From: Perkinsus chesapeaki ATCC PRA-425
Lineage: Eukaryota > Protista > Perkinsozoa
Length of the DNA stretch: 64,000 nucleotides
NCBI GenBank assembly: GCA_013115145.1
Contig: JAAPAO010000001.1
Location: 268,529 to 332,528, forward strand
Direction: 5' to 3'
In this document: positions 36,926 to 49,926 of the stretch, in pieces
Position numbering within the stretch: the first letter of the stretch is position 1
How the letters are laid out: each line of letters opens with the position of its first letter
Position numbers and translations under genes: made by a program
Notes under the pieces: model-generated
Told to the model about the DNA's origin: nothing
What the model saw: the letters and a program-made list of their open reading frames with translations, nothing else
Database searches by the model: none

Positions 36926-39900
36926 TCAGAGCGATTCGCACGCATTGGGAGTTGCACTTCGTTCCGGTGTACGTGGCGTTCCAGTCTCTCTATTTCCTGA
37001 CATGCTGCGGTAGCAAGATGTTGTGAATCCGCTGGACCGTGCGGGGATTCCAGTAGACGCCTAAAGTCGAGGACCATGACACCGTTTAATAAGGTACAAA
37101 CGACAGGAAACCATGCACAGGCCTGGCGTTGGGTTAAGAGCGAATAGCAGGTGCCAGAAGCAGCTCACCTGCTCCAGTCGCAGCTTTTCGCACCGTCGGT
37201 CAACTTCCCTTTTCCACTGCATATTGCGCTCATAAAATCGACTGGCCTCGGCAGCTGAATAAAGGACACCCCTCACTGTGGAATGTACGGAGTGTTCGAC
37301 GAGATGCTCGTTATCAGTCATTTCCTGAGAAGACAGGATGGGCGAATGTAAGCACTTATACTGGGACTATAGTGATGTAACTGAAGACGATCCACGTGGT
37401 AGGAGAGCTGCAGACTACAGCCTGTAGTATAACTCCATCATTCTGTCACACTGCAACTGTGAACCACAGTGTCACCCGCCGAAAGTTCTATCTTAAAACT
37501 TCAAGAGCCGAGACTTGAGAGCAATTCAAGTACTGTTATACTATAACTTACGAACCGTTATACATGAGGGTTATAGGCTATTGATAGTAATCGATTATCT
37601 ACTCTCTATATACCATCATTACTACAGGATAATCCAAAAGGGACCACCCACTGAGATATCATGCTGCGTGGAAGAATGTGTGTCTTATGGGCTCTAAACT
37701 CTCGCAGAGGTCTCCCTCATGCTTCACGAGCGGTTGATGAAATTCGGGCAACGCCCAGAAATATCTCAATGATCAATACGCCCATCAATCAATGAACAAT
37801 AGACTATACAGAAACGGATGCTGGCTAAATCCGGTTACATTCCACAGATTGCCCCCTTAGCATGCTGGACGAGCCCGAACGGGTTTGAGTGCTAAACCGG
37901 CTTCAAAAGGGGTCAATGATCCCACAGGTACCCCTGCCTGTCATGCTGTCACACAGTCTTACAGCACTGACATCTTTGAACGCATAACCCTGTAGATAAC
38001 TGAGTCGGATAAACCATTCAGAATCTAGAATACAGCAGCCTACAGCAGTTACCGCCCCCCTTCTAGTGAGAACAGCGAGTCGAATTGACCCTCGCTCACC
38101 TTAGCTAGATCCCGTCGTTGCCTCGCCCATTCCAGTGTCCTCTCTCTCTCCACTTTCCAGGCTTTTGTCCGCTGATACATACTATCCAGATTACGAGGTA
38201 CACTACTCGACCTAGTAGTTGCTTTTCGTGGTGATAAACGAGGTGAGAAGGTGCACTAACACACTACCATCAAACACACACTTGAAAAAAATTACCTCTC
38301 GCATCTCCTCAGCTGCTTTCAGAGACCTTGCCTGAACCACCTTTTCTTCTTGTAGTCTACAACGCTCGCGAGCTCTAGAGTATATGTCACTGCCTCGGGA
38401 TGGAGCGGTGCGGGGAGTTGATAACTGGTTAACTTCTGGGGTTGCTGTTGAGCTCCGAGGAGTTACGGGTGGGGCAGCGAGAGCTCTCTGAGACGCACGC
38501 CTGATAACGAGCATAGAACACAAGCTTAAGATTCCCAGTGACAGTAGTGTACTTCATCTCACGCGAGTGTATGGCAGAGTATGAGCCCATACATTTCCGC
38601 CCATGAAAATCCCTAGAAGAATGCTCAATATCTTGCCGGGTCTCATGCACACTAGGCTCACTAGTTCTCCGGTGCCGACCTGAAAACGAGCGAAAGATCA
38701 CGTTAAGGGGACAATTTCTCCGGAACTGAGCCTCACTCATCTTTGTTTTATCGGTAGGAGCTAGCGCAGTTTCGGGCACAGTTGGATGGCGAGTTGCTGT
38801 CTTCCCCAGCGACAAACGCTTTGCAACAGGCTTGATTCCACGCAAACTCTGTTTGGCCTTGGCCGCATTTTGCATTTCAACTCGCAAGCCGGGCTCATCG
38901 TCCCTAGGCGGATCCTCCTCCGTTGTTGTATGGGAGCTCTTCGCTTCATTAAGCGTAACATTCACTCCCTCATCTGGCAACATACTCGCTACTGGTTCAT
39001 GTGCTGCAGTCTGGGCCAACGGCGAATCTCGGTACCGCTGCCCTGCTTCGGGCGTTCGGTATCCTGAGCTAGCCTCTGTACCGTGGAGGTTAGAATACGT
39101 CAAGGCCCTAGGCTCAGAAGCTATATCCATCGAGCTTTCACTCGGCTTTGAATGACTATCGTCCCTCCGAAACGGGCCCTGTCGACGTGGTGTTAGCAAC
39201 GCTTTGACAGTCTTAGGGTGGGTGTCCTTCGCCGCCCTCGGGAAACGGCCATCATGATGATCATCGATGATGGCATCATTGATATGTCGACTAGTTTTTC
39301 CCTTTTCTTCCCGCATGCAGTGCCCTGCAAGGCGTTGCTTATCAAACTCAGTTCTTGTTCTAGGAACTGTTCGCCTCAAAGCTATATCAGAATCCTTGCT
39401 TGACAGCCTTCTGACCTATAGGATAAACTGTTACTGTAGTAACAGGGGGTACTACAGTAAGAGATAAAGAGCCTGCTTCAGACTGTCGAGCCTTCGATCG
39501 ACTGCTCCCGTGATTTTCTCCCCATGCGGCTTGGCCTTTTCCCGCAACCCTCAGCCTGGCTATCTGCTGCATTTTTCTGTACCGATCTTCTTTCGAAGTT
39601 TCATCTGGTAGCTCGGATATTGTCCCTCGCGAGTTAGGTTGAGCCTCGACGACCTGGCGACGTTACACATCGGTTACACCACCAGAAGTACCGGTCGGGA
39701 ACAGTTTTATAATCACAAAGAGACCTGCCTGCCGTTCGCGCCGAGTCACAGTAAGTTATTGTCAATAACGTAAAATAGGGATTCAATACTTGCGACTTGA
39801 AGACTTCAAGTTGAAGTCTAATGCCTCCCTCATCACCTTAGGATCGGTTGACTCCGAGCGAAACTCTTCCGAAGGGCGTTCGGAGAGCGAACACCGATTG

Positions 39901-40185
39901 CCACTCCCTACGCTGAAATCACCAATACCAAATTTTTCACTTTTGAGTCCCGGCAGCGAACGATCGCCTGAGGTATCCAGCCAACAATCAACCGATGACA
40001 AAGTCCTGGGTACCAGATATGGTGGATGGCGAAAGATCGCTTATTATCGTTCGTTGTATCCGTTCTTGGGCTGCACTAACCCTGCTTTGAAGCTCAATGG
40101 ATTCCCAGTTCGATAGGTCGGTCACCACATCGGGTGACAGACACCCCACGGGAATCTCAGAGGGTGAGCTTCCCGATTCGGTCAT
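36926..40185 (-). CDS. Uncharacterised low-complexity / coiled-coil protein (multi-exon)
   Basis: Minus-strand ORFs 39988-40185, 39783-40001, 39387-39572, 38429-39379, 38212-38523 and 37061-37321 can be linked by GT-AG introns. Repeated helical [FIM]YxR..W-like segments. The 3' end is approximate. Confidence 0.5.
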
Positions 40186-40735
40186 AAAATATATTATACA
40201 AGCAATTAATCAACTGAGAAACGCGTTTATTAACCGCATGTACATACGAAACCAAATACATCTTTGGTCCCTGCCAGGCAGTGCCCAAGCCAGCCAGGTT
40301 TAACGTGAATGAGATGACCTCATCATTAGGCGACCAACGGCTGGTAATACTCAGCCAATAGCACAGTACTACCTGCCCCTATCCTATCACCCTGCTATCC
40401 TATTAGACTGTTATCCCTTTCATCGGAACATCCCCACCGTAAAAGCGTTCCTGTTGACAGCAAAGAACGAACTCAAAACAGACAGAAAACGAGAAATAAT
40501 CATTAACATTTTGATCCATGATCACAGTGTGAGTCGAGATACGCTGAGAGCGCATAACAAAACTCGCTCGCCCGAAATCGATCGTCCGCGACCGACAACA
40601 TGTGAACCGTTGTATGCATCACTAGGATAATGTCGCAAGTTGGTCACAACGAGAAATCGGACTCGACCTGTCATTTACAATTGCATAAACACTAAGGGAA
40701 CTTAAAGTTTCAGTTCGTTTTACTAATTATCACCA

Positions 40736-41131
40736 ATGCCGTCTTATATGGTCCTCATCGTCATCGCTTTCCTCTCCGCCGTGGGAGTTGCTGGGGAGAA
40801 CCCGTATCCTAGGTTCTCTCCAGCGTGGTGGTCTTGGGAGGCTGAGTGCAACCCGGATTACTCGGTCGGTAATGAGACTTTTCCCCATGTGGAAAACAGC
40901 AATCGGCCACCTCACCTCCCTTGGAAGCCACTTCACAACCCTGGGAGGATGGCTCGGATGTTACTACTACATGGAAACTCCGAGCCAGCGACAAAAGCGA
41001 TGCCAAAATGACGTAAGTACATTGTCGATAAATATTGATTTGTATAGTCTGGAATGCTATTTGTTTTCTTCAGGTATTCAGCTCTCGGCTCATGGGGATT
41101 GCTCACGGTGATGGCGGTGAATATTCTGTGA
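40736..41131 (+). pseudogene. NPYPRFSPAWW family member 2, with a single-nucleotide frameshift (pseudogene, sequence error or recoding)
   Basis: Signal peptide + ENPYPRFSPAWWSWEAEC. Adding one T to the TTTT at 40879-40882 gives a 111-aa protein colinear with member 1, with the same phase-2 intron (41013-41073) and the same 58-nt last exon ending GLLTVMAVNIL*. Confidence 0.8.
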
Positions 41132-41776
41132 GCGACAGTGATGACCACGTAGGTGGGTGAGCCAGTAACAACATTCAACACACCCACGATTCATGTCCTC
41201 TCAGGTGGTCTGCAAGTGCGAGAAGTACCATTTTCTAATTCGTTGGATAAACCTGCAAAGCAGTTACTTTCATAGTGATTTGCGTTCATAGTTCTCGGGG
41301 GTCCCTACGCAATTACACTTGGCATGAATTGCACAAGGTACTTGGCGTAGTAGTTCCGTGCTGTAGAATGGCTCTACATGGTCTACGAGACTCGATAATC
41401 GACTAGTACCGAGTTGCAACATTTGTTCGTTATTCTCATAGGCCACCCTTTATCACCCGCTCCCGCCAGGCCATAAGGCTCCTAGTGAACACCATTGGTA
41501 GCATAGGCTTCTAGTGAATGCATGTATCCTTAGTCGGTTACCAGCCGAGTCTCCAATGTCTGGCGTATTCATCTAACTCTTAACCACGAATCGCAGAGAC
41601 ATTTAGAAAAACTACCGCACGACCGTCAAGGCTGTTCACTGCATTACCTAGTTCCTATTCCCAGCCTGCCTGTAAGAGAGTTAACACAACATCTGGCCGT
41701 TCCTATGAAACCACCTAGTCATTAACGTTTTCTAATAGTCCCAAAGCACCATCAACCCTTTAACGGGATAGAACGG

Positions 41777-44700
41777 CTACAACACGCGGTTGCGAATATC
41801 CTCCAATTTCTTCATGACCTCCTGCGGAGTCTTGTCCATATCGACAGCGATCTGGCGTTGCTTTTCGGCAGGCAGCTCATAATATCTGATCACAGCCACA
41901 CGTTAGGACAGTTCAAGCGCACAGTTGGTCCTAAAACCAGCTGGACACCTAACTGTGCAGAATACCCTCTCATTGGTATCCGTATACTTTCTAGAAATTA
42001 CCCCCATCGTGCTCACACGCCCACTTACACTTCACATAGATCGGCATCGATGAAGTTTTTGACAGGATGGTAGAAGGAGCGGTACATAACGTGTTCGCGC
42101 CCTGTTAGACTCGGAGAAGCTGCAGTATTCCGCATATGCATCTCAAGTGCCTAGCATGAACAGTCCACACTACAGAGCAAAGCCGAGTTTTCGGCGGCTA
42201 CCTGCAGGAAGGTGTGCTCTCGCTTCGAAGAGAAGGGATACAGTGCCCCGATAGTTCCGAGAACCGTAGAATATATGATGATTTCAGCGCCACCCGCTAC
42301 CATTGTCACCTGAAATAGTTACAGTAGTGGAAGCTCATAGCTATAACGATCCATTACTCTTTGAAGCGAAGTTACCGTCTCTCCAACGTGGAAGTGGCCG
42401 ATCAAATCCATCTGAAGGAACAACCAATGATTTCCGCCAATGGAAGCTGGTGAATGCAGATCGACTAGGCGCAGGGTACCGAAAGGATCGATCATAAATA
42501 TACACCTTACTTTAAATGTATTGCCGGATACATAGTCATTATCACGACCAGGAACCAATCTCAATGTAGATATGCCTTCAGCCTCAACGACAGGACTGAA
42601 AGTCGGTAGACTGTGAAAACGAAGATGAAGTATACTACAACGTACCGTCCCCAAGCACCAGCGTCCTTGGCATCTGAAGGTACTCGCAGGATGGCGAGGT
42701 TGTCAAACTTATCCCCAACAACTATGGTCTGCGGGCAAGAAGAAATAGCGCATCACTAGAGACGGTAACATCGAACTCACGTTGTAATCAAGTACAGCCG
42801 CGGCTGTGATGCACCTCGGATAGGTATCATCCGAGATAACCTACAAGACAGCAGCCAGGTCACAGTCCCATGAGTTGTAACGGCAAGACTTACCTGCATC
42901 TGATTGTCGCTGTACCTCCATCTCAAAACCATAATACTATCCCTACTATCAGCGGCAAAGATGCGATCCTTGTTCACATCGAGCCACATAATTCCACCGG
43001 ACTCCGGTAAGAACTTATACTCACATTTTTTCAGCAGCCGCTTTTTGCCCAATTCGTAGATCCTGAACCCACACGCAAATCCATGCGCAATGTCTATGGT
43101 AGAGTCCTTACCGTAGAACGGGTGCCACCGTTGGAGACCCGCGCAGGGCAACCAGTAACCGTCCTTCGAAGGGATACATTGCAGAAGGGACGCCTAAGCA
43201 GAGGCGTGCATAGCTGCAGTCGAGAAGCGAGCCTCGTGGACTTACCTTCTAGCGGAGTTACGTGAATGAGCTGTAGGTTGTAGCTCTCATCGTAAAGATA
43301 CGTCTTGATGTAGCACTTGCCATGGGCCGATCTCGAGGGATTATGTGGATCGACACCAGTAGCAGTACCAACTACGAGACACGGGCGGTTATCCTGACAT
43401 TCGCAATGTCGCCATATAATAAGCCTAGGGAATCACCTTGAGCTGGTAGAAATAACAGACAGTCATAGCAGTGGCTGCCTCATCAACATCAAGGTCCAGC
43501 TTGAAAGAGGTAGATGCTGTCAGAGGGTCTACCACTCGGATACAGGAGCCCCATTTCCCATGCCCAGCGATATAGGTTCCCACCTAACGACCAGATAATG
43601 CCAAGATGAGGTGCTTGGCTCTTACTTGGCTCTCTGGTGGAGGATCCATGTCGGTATCATCGTCCTCTCCAGCATCAACCTTGATCTTCCTCAAGGCTTC
43701 CCTAATCTCCGCCTTAGTCTCTTCGTTATAACTGCGATTATAATCCTTACGGTTGAATGGCATATATAGGCCCTACGCATTGTGATCAGACTCCATAACA
43801 GCAAGCATGATCCTGTTGTCCATAGGAACCGCATCAGTCTGTCCAGATAACAGCTTTGGTGGAGGAAGAGGCAAGAACTTCCTTCCAGTGTAGGAAAGAG
43901 GCACCATAACCTGACGAAAGGTGAACGTCACGATGAGGAGTAGACCACAGCCTCACCTGATTAAAGGTCTCATTCAGCCTTTCCACACTGACAATCCTAA
44001 GAACTCGCTGGCTGGTAGTACATATGCCTTCCTGACAGTTCTCAATGCTGAAGGGGGCGGCCAGATCGAACCTCGGCAAAGCCGGGATCTTGCTGCTGCC
44101 GGGTGTGTCTTCATCCTCAGCAGCGGCGAACCTACCATATCCGAAAGTAACATACACCGTTAATGTTGAAGAATCTTACGTTAAAGGAACACACTGATAC
44201 TGACCACCAGAAGCTCCAGCAGCTGAGTAGTCGTTGGCTTGGAAGCACAGGAAAGGTCGTGCGCTCATCGCCACCATTGCTGGGCGCCCACCGTCGACAG
44301 TAAGAGGGCACAAAGTAACCTGAAAGAATATTCCAACATCAGCTGGAGTGCTGAGTGGGATAACTTACCCGTCGTGGTCCCAGCACACGCTGTCTCTGAT
44401 CCGATAGCTGCCCTGTGACACCATCGATGACCGACCGCACCAGTACACCATCCTCGAGACCGATCGCCAAGTAGAGCGTGGAAGTTGTTCCCTGGCCGAA
44501 CTGCAACATGCAGACAGATGAAGCCGTGGTCCTAAGGGCCTGTGCTGCTAGCTGCCTTAATGGACGATCAGAGTCCAAGGAAAGAACACGGACAGATGAG
44601 TCCACACCGGCCACAGCCATGAACTGACTTCGAGTTCGACCAGATGGAAGAGGTTGCACGCAGAGGGCAGCAACCTCGCAGCCAATATCACGCTTGGCCA

Positions 44701-46827
44701 CCTCACTGAGATGACCATTGGTATCAGCATCAAGTTCGAACAGCTGTATTTCACCACCAGATAAAGCAATCACCACTTGAGAGCCATTGCTGGCAGCCAT
44801 CGTGACCTGCCTTCCAGGCGGCGCTCGCCACTCAGTAGTTCTACGACCGGCTGCAACGTGACGGATACCACTTGGCATAACCTAACAATAAAGTCCCACG
44901 GTGATGCAGGTTGACCGTAATTGATCACGAGGCTTACCTGTATAGCACTCTTATCTTCCATCCTCATGGCAAAGAGTGTCGGCTGATCCTTAGCGAATCC
45001 TGAGTCCGTAACTTCATGAATGTTATCAGAGGTTACCAATAAGGTCAGAGTTTGATCCACGAATGACACCACGATGTACCGATCGGACTCGACCTCACCC
45101 TCGGACACCGGCGCATAACTAGCACCGAAGGGCTTAATCGTGAACAACGCGTTTGGTTGGCCTGGCAGTTCTGAAGCCCCAGCTTCCCCAAGTGTTAAAC
45201 CATGTCGTAGGATCCTCAGGGCAGACCTTGGGCCTCGACCAGACAAGGCGTATATCTGGCATCCAGCCGACATACCAGTTGTAACCGTCTGCTGCATCCC
45301 GCTTCCATCTTGCTGCATAACCTGCGTCTGTGTACTAAAGCAGTCCATAACCTTCATATCTGTGATAGGAGCCAAGCTGCTAAGCTCGTCAAACGGAGTG
45401 AGGTTCTTGAGATTCCGAGGTTTAAAGGCCACAACAGCGTTCTCTCTATTAGGGTGTGAAGAAGTGACAATTGCTGGACTCTCATCACCAAGGCTCGCAA
45501 ACTGGTATAAAGCGTGGTTGCCGAACTCCGATGCCGCAAAGAGGAAACCGGTCTTCAGGACGCATATGGAAATGGCCACGGGTATAGAGTCGAAGTAACT
45601 AACATTAAGAAATTGAAGTCCGGTACAGGATGCTGAGAACTTACCTGCATTGAATCTCAGATACTACTCCCTCCTTATGGCTAAGGGTCACCTTGTAAAG
45701 GTCACCGTACTCAGACTGTATGAGGAAGAAGAAGAAGTTCTTCAGCTTATGTCGACTCCAGCAGACCACCATCAGACCTTTTTCAGCTGGAGTATCCAAA
45801 CGTCTTGGCATGGCACATGACAGTACTGGATGTCCCTGAAGCCAGCCATCCCTCTCGAGCCACCATAAACACCCTACCTGCTTATAATATGAGAGGAAGT
45901 TCTCGCAGCAAAGTAGAACACCGCCAGGACCATCGGTGCCACCTGGAACTGGTATCAGGTCGTGTGCCGAGAAGGGTATCTTGTCGCTGTGCTTTCTAGT
46001 GACCTACCCCCAAGAAAAGTGTCCGTATGCTAAGACATGTACACCTTACATGATTAACGCCGAGGTCCATCTCATACATTGTCAGGAGCTTCTGCGGATT
46101 TGGTCCCTTCTTACCAAAGTCATCGTACCTGCATGGCAATAGGTTAATGGTCCCCGCCCTAGAGATGCAACACTTACTGGCACTCGATTGCGGCGTACTG
46201 GGGGTTATCGAAACCGACATCTAGCCCAACCGTTGCGAAAGCAATGGTGTAGCTTTTATGGGCCTCCAATGGGGATGAAATCGTGAGTCTCGATTGGAGA
46301 TCTCTGTTGAGAATATAGACGAATTTTTGTCGTTCCACGGCGGAGACCATACAACTACGCCCCTTAGGATCAACCGCCAGATACTGACCAGGCACGGTAC
46401 GTCGGCAACCCCTAAGAAACCCTTATAGGAGTCGCCCTAATCCAGCCAACTTACGTCTTTCCATAAGTCTCTTGATGAACCTTATCAAATACGTTCTTGG
46501 TTGTGTTGTATTCGAGGATCACAATTCGCCCAGAATCCGAGCCAACGAGCAGATAGTCTCTGTTGGCACCGACCAGTCGGAATGTCTCTAGCGAGCGTAT
46601 CAAGCCAAAACAATTCACCGATATAACCGTCTGAAGTCTATTTTGCTCATCTGGGCGGAGCAGCTCCAGAGTCGACCCTAAACTGTCAACTGAAGATCGA
46701 GACTAACGGACGAAACACTACCTCTGGCCACAACGATCTCCTGGGCCTTGGGTGCCGAGAAGTTACCGTAGACCGCACACGCGACGGCCGAGGTCTTCGA
46801 CAAGGTCAAGTTATAGAAGTGAGGCAT
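41777..46827 (-). CDS. SF3B3: Splicing factor 3B subunit 3 (SAP130/Rse1), multi-exon
   Basis: N-terminus [36 protein letters not shown]; internal [47 protein letters not shown]; C-terminus [18 protein letters not shown]. Confidence 0.97.
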
Positions 46828-46993
46828 TTCCTAGGATGCCAACAATAGCAGCCACCCCTACTGAAAATACTATTGCAGGCGATAGTCGAATAAAGAAACA
46901 CATAACATAGGAAACAAACGTGAGAAGACGCCATGATTAGAAACATCATCACTTGAAAAAATGGCTTGGCAGACTCATAGTGCCGCTAGTCAC

Positions 46994-48508
46994 CTAAACG
47001 CAGGAATCGGCCGAAGCCGGAACAGTCACCAATGTGATTACGAGACTGCAGCCTCCGCTTATACTGACATTATCATCGCCGTCTTCAACTACCAACTGTC
47101 CGCCTCGAGCAGATAGCATTACACACTTCAGGGGCCTGATTAAGTTCTGTGCCCCGTAGGGAAATGATAAATAAATTTAGACAAGGTAAGCCCCCTACTA
47201 CCCTTTAACCCCAATAGATGTCATATACGGGCCTATAACAGTGTGGCTGCTACCGTTAACAGGATCCTCTGGAATGCCATTCCATGGGGCAAAGTACCTG
47301 CTGTCACCACGGTGCAGGTTGAATTCTCTCTAGTATGTCTTACCGTGAATATACAACAGCTCCAGCCCCGCTGCCCGCATTGCTACTCTGCCAGCACATT
47401 ACGCTGACCCCTCTGATAACATCATCACCATGCGAACCGAGTAGCGCAGTGTTGTCCTAACATACCAGTCGCGAGTCAATACAGGCCGATCGTTAGCTGA
47501 GTCGGCGACTAGTAACAGCCAAGTAGGAATATATCAGCGCTGGGAGCCACATGTATATTGTACATGCAAGTTGGCTTACGGCCTTCACTTTAAAGGCGCA
47601 TAGCAGTCTACAGCCAAACAGAGATCGCTAGCATACAGGACCCACAGGTGAAAGACGCTTTATAGTATCTTCCCCTTCTTCCTTGCGACATACAACCAGC
47701 AGTTTCTTCGCCTGATGTGATACAGCTACGTCTTCCACCTGCCAAAGATCCAAAGTTGCCAGATCTTTTACCACACGGCATCACTTCCTCCTGTCTCAAC
47801 CCGAGGGCCTTAATGATTCGCTGAGTCCACTCCGGAAGCTGGGCACTCGAGAAGCGTTCCTCGGGTGGGTTTCGTGGGAATCCCAGAGTGTACGACTTCA
47901 TAGGGTCTTCTTTCTCCCCGGCCCCTTCACGCCCTACTACCTACAAAGGCATACTACATAGATCTGCGACAATCAATGCTGGACCAACTAAATCTCCTGA
48001 CGTAGTTTCAAAAACATATGCCTCAGGCACGTGTTGATTTGTGGCCGGTAGTAGGGCCTGAAAAATTCACCCTGAGTAGCATTCAGTGCGGAGTAGCCAC
48101 ATTACATCCAGGCATCTGGCTGTTGCAAGCGTGGCATGTCCACACAATGGCACTTCATTCCTGACAGGAAGACAGTGAGATAGTACATACGCATCTACGA
48201 AGAGCACTACGTTGGAGTGAACCATCGAAGACCATATCTCCCGACGGCCTCGTCAATTCTGCTAACGAATGCCGTCTCCGAATGACGTAACTCGGCCGCT
48301 ATAGCTTGGCACGCCTGCCACACCCAAAGGAGCTCACCAAGCTCGATTCCTCCATCACTACCTCTTCCTTCAGCGTCTTTCCCTTTGGCACCACAACTAC
48401 ACCTGCAGGATTGCCTGTAAAACGAATCTCAAGGCCGGCAGGCGCTGGATCAACAAAAGCGTCGGCAACATAGGCTGGCAGAGGAACCACTACGTGCTTA
48501 TTAGTCAT
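46994..48508 (-). CDS. PhzF/PBLD-like (phenazine biosynthesis-like, DAP-epimerase fold) protein, multi-exon
   Basis: ADAF..FTGNPAGV, SETAF, LRWFTP, EVPLCGHATLA, SRYFAPWNGIPEDPVNGSSH and SARGG motifs across spliced exons. Confidence 0.88.
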
Positions 48509-48683
48509 ACTTTTAAGAGAGAGTAGCGCTATGTAATCAATTATCCGTACTATAACGCACGTCAAGTGGAACAGGATCAAATACACAACTAACCAAGTTA
48601 CATGAACATTTCACATCAATTCGCTTGCGGAGACAGGATCTTCATCTGAGGAGGCGGCGTATTCTAGATGTAATACTTCATTA

Positions 48684-49472
48684 CTAACCTTCAGCTTCGC
48701 CTACAGGTGGAGATGACGACGGCATTTGAGTTCCTAGCAGCTCGTCCATTAAAGCGGTCAACCTCTTCAAGTCTAGGGTCTTCAATTCTTGTGCGATGCG
48801 ACTTCTTCGACTTTGAATCGACCGTGCCCCTGAAAGATCATCCCAAAGCCAGCGTCTGCTAAACCGAGACCTACGGAATAACAAGGTTAAGGCGAGTCCT
48901 GCAATGAGGACCAGGGCGGAGAGCCTTAGCTGATGATTAAGGGTTCTCTTGTTATTACTAGCGCGTTGCATAAACTGGCTTGACCTGCCTAAGCTCGGGA
49001 ACGGTGGCTCGACTGTCGTTGTAGTATCCACTTCAATCGATTCCGACCACCAGTGTCTAGGGGATACCACGAGCTGCGCTAAACCACTGAATGTGACCTC
49101 ATCGTCACCGTCTTCGTCTGGTCCGGGTGCGGTTAGAATTATCCAAGCAATTGCAACAACAGCCATGAGGATGACCGCAGCACCGATTTGAACCAGAGCC
49201 AAGCGACTAGCCATTCTTCTCAGTTTGTCATCGCAATCCGGAGGGATAAAATACTTGCTCCGACACCGCGGGCAATGACTTGTAAGAGTCCTCCTCAAGA
49301 ACCCCTCAACGCACTGTCGATGAACCAATCCGGCATCCTCCGACTTTTTATGACAGTTACATATGCAAATGAGCAGATCCGGGAGCTCGTCACTCCCACA
49401 CTGTGCGCAGGAAAGAGCCCGATTTGAGTGATCAGGCAACGACGTTGAATCGCTACACCGTCGGCCAGTCAT
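48684..49472 (-). CDS. RING-CH (RINGv/MARCH-like) membrane protein, probable E3 ligase
   Basis: C4HC3 spacing CAQC..CNC..HRQC..CPRC, followed by two hydrophobic segments (LALVQIGAAVILMAVVAIAWIIL; LSALVLIAGLALTLLF). Confidence 0.75.
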   Translation of the reverse strand: MTGRRCSDSTSLPDHSNRALSCAQCGSDELPDLLICICNCHKKSEDAGLVHRQCVEGFLRRTLTSHCPRCRSKYFIPPDCDDKLRRMASRLALVQIGAAVILMAVVAIAWIILTAPGPDEDGDDEVTFSGLAQLVVSPRHWWSESIEVDTTTTVEPPFPSLGRSSQFMQRASNNKRTLNHQLRLSALVLIAGLALTLLFRRSRFSRRWLWDDLSGARSIQSRRSRIAQELKTLDLKRLTALMDELLGTQMPSSSPPVGEAEG

Positions 49473-49926
49473 AAGTTCTCAAAACGTTTCAGGTGAAGAT
49501 CAGGCGGAAACGATTGTTAACGCGCGCTAACTTTTTACACGACCGGATTTTTTTTCACAGCGTATGAGAGCTCGGAGCAGACGTTGCAGCTCTTGAGCTG
49601 AGCTCGCGGAGCCTTGTGTGGCCATGGTGGCATGCATATTGCGGAATGACAGCGACACTACCGTGACACGGTAACGATCCTCCGAACTAGTACTAATACG
49701 GGACATACAGGTCATCGTGTCCCCACTTCCCGGAATCGACGGGCAAAACTCGCTCGCCCAGCCGAGTCTTGAAACGGCCAGCCGTTTCTAAATTGACGCG
49801 CTCTGTTAAAACGGTTAACCATAGTTGGTTCTTTGGACGTAGGAGTTTGCAATGCTGTAATTCTTTACGAAACTTTTTGCTATTACTTCGGTGATTCTGA
49901 CTTTTAGGGTTATTATAAATCTATAA

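Noticed and set aside
47163-47460. Apparent small spliced gene on the + strand (ATGATAAAT..GTAAG)
   Set aside because: It is antisense to the last exons of the PhzF-like gene, whose conserved motifs (YFAPW.GI.EDPV) explain the sequence.
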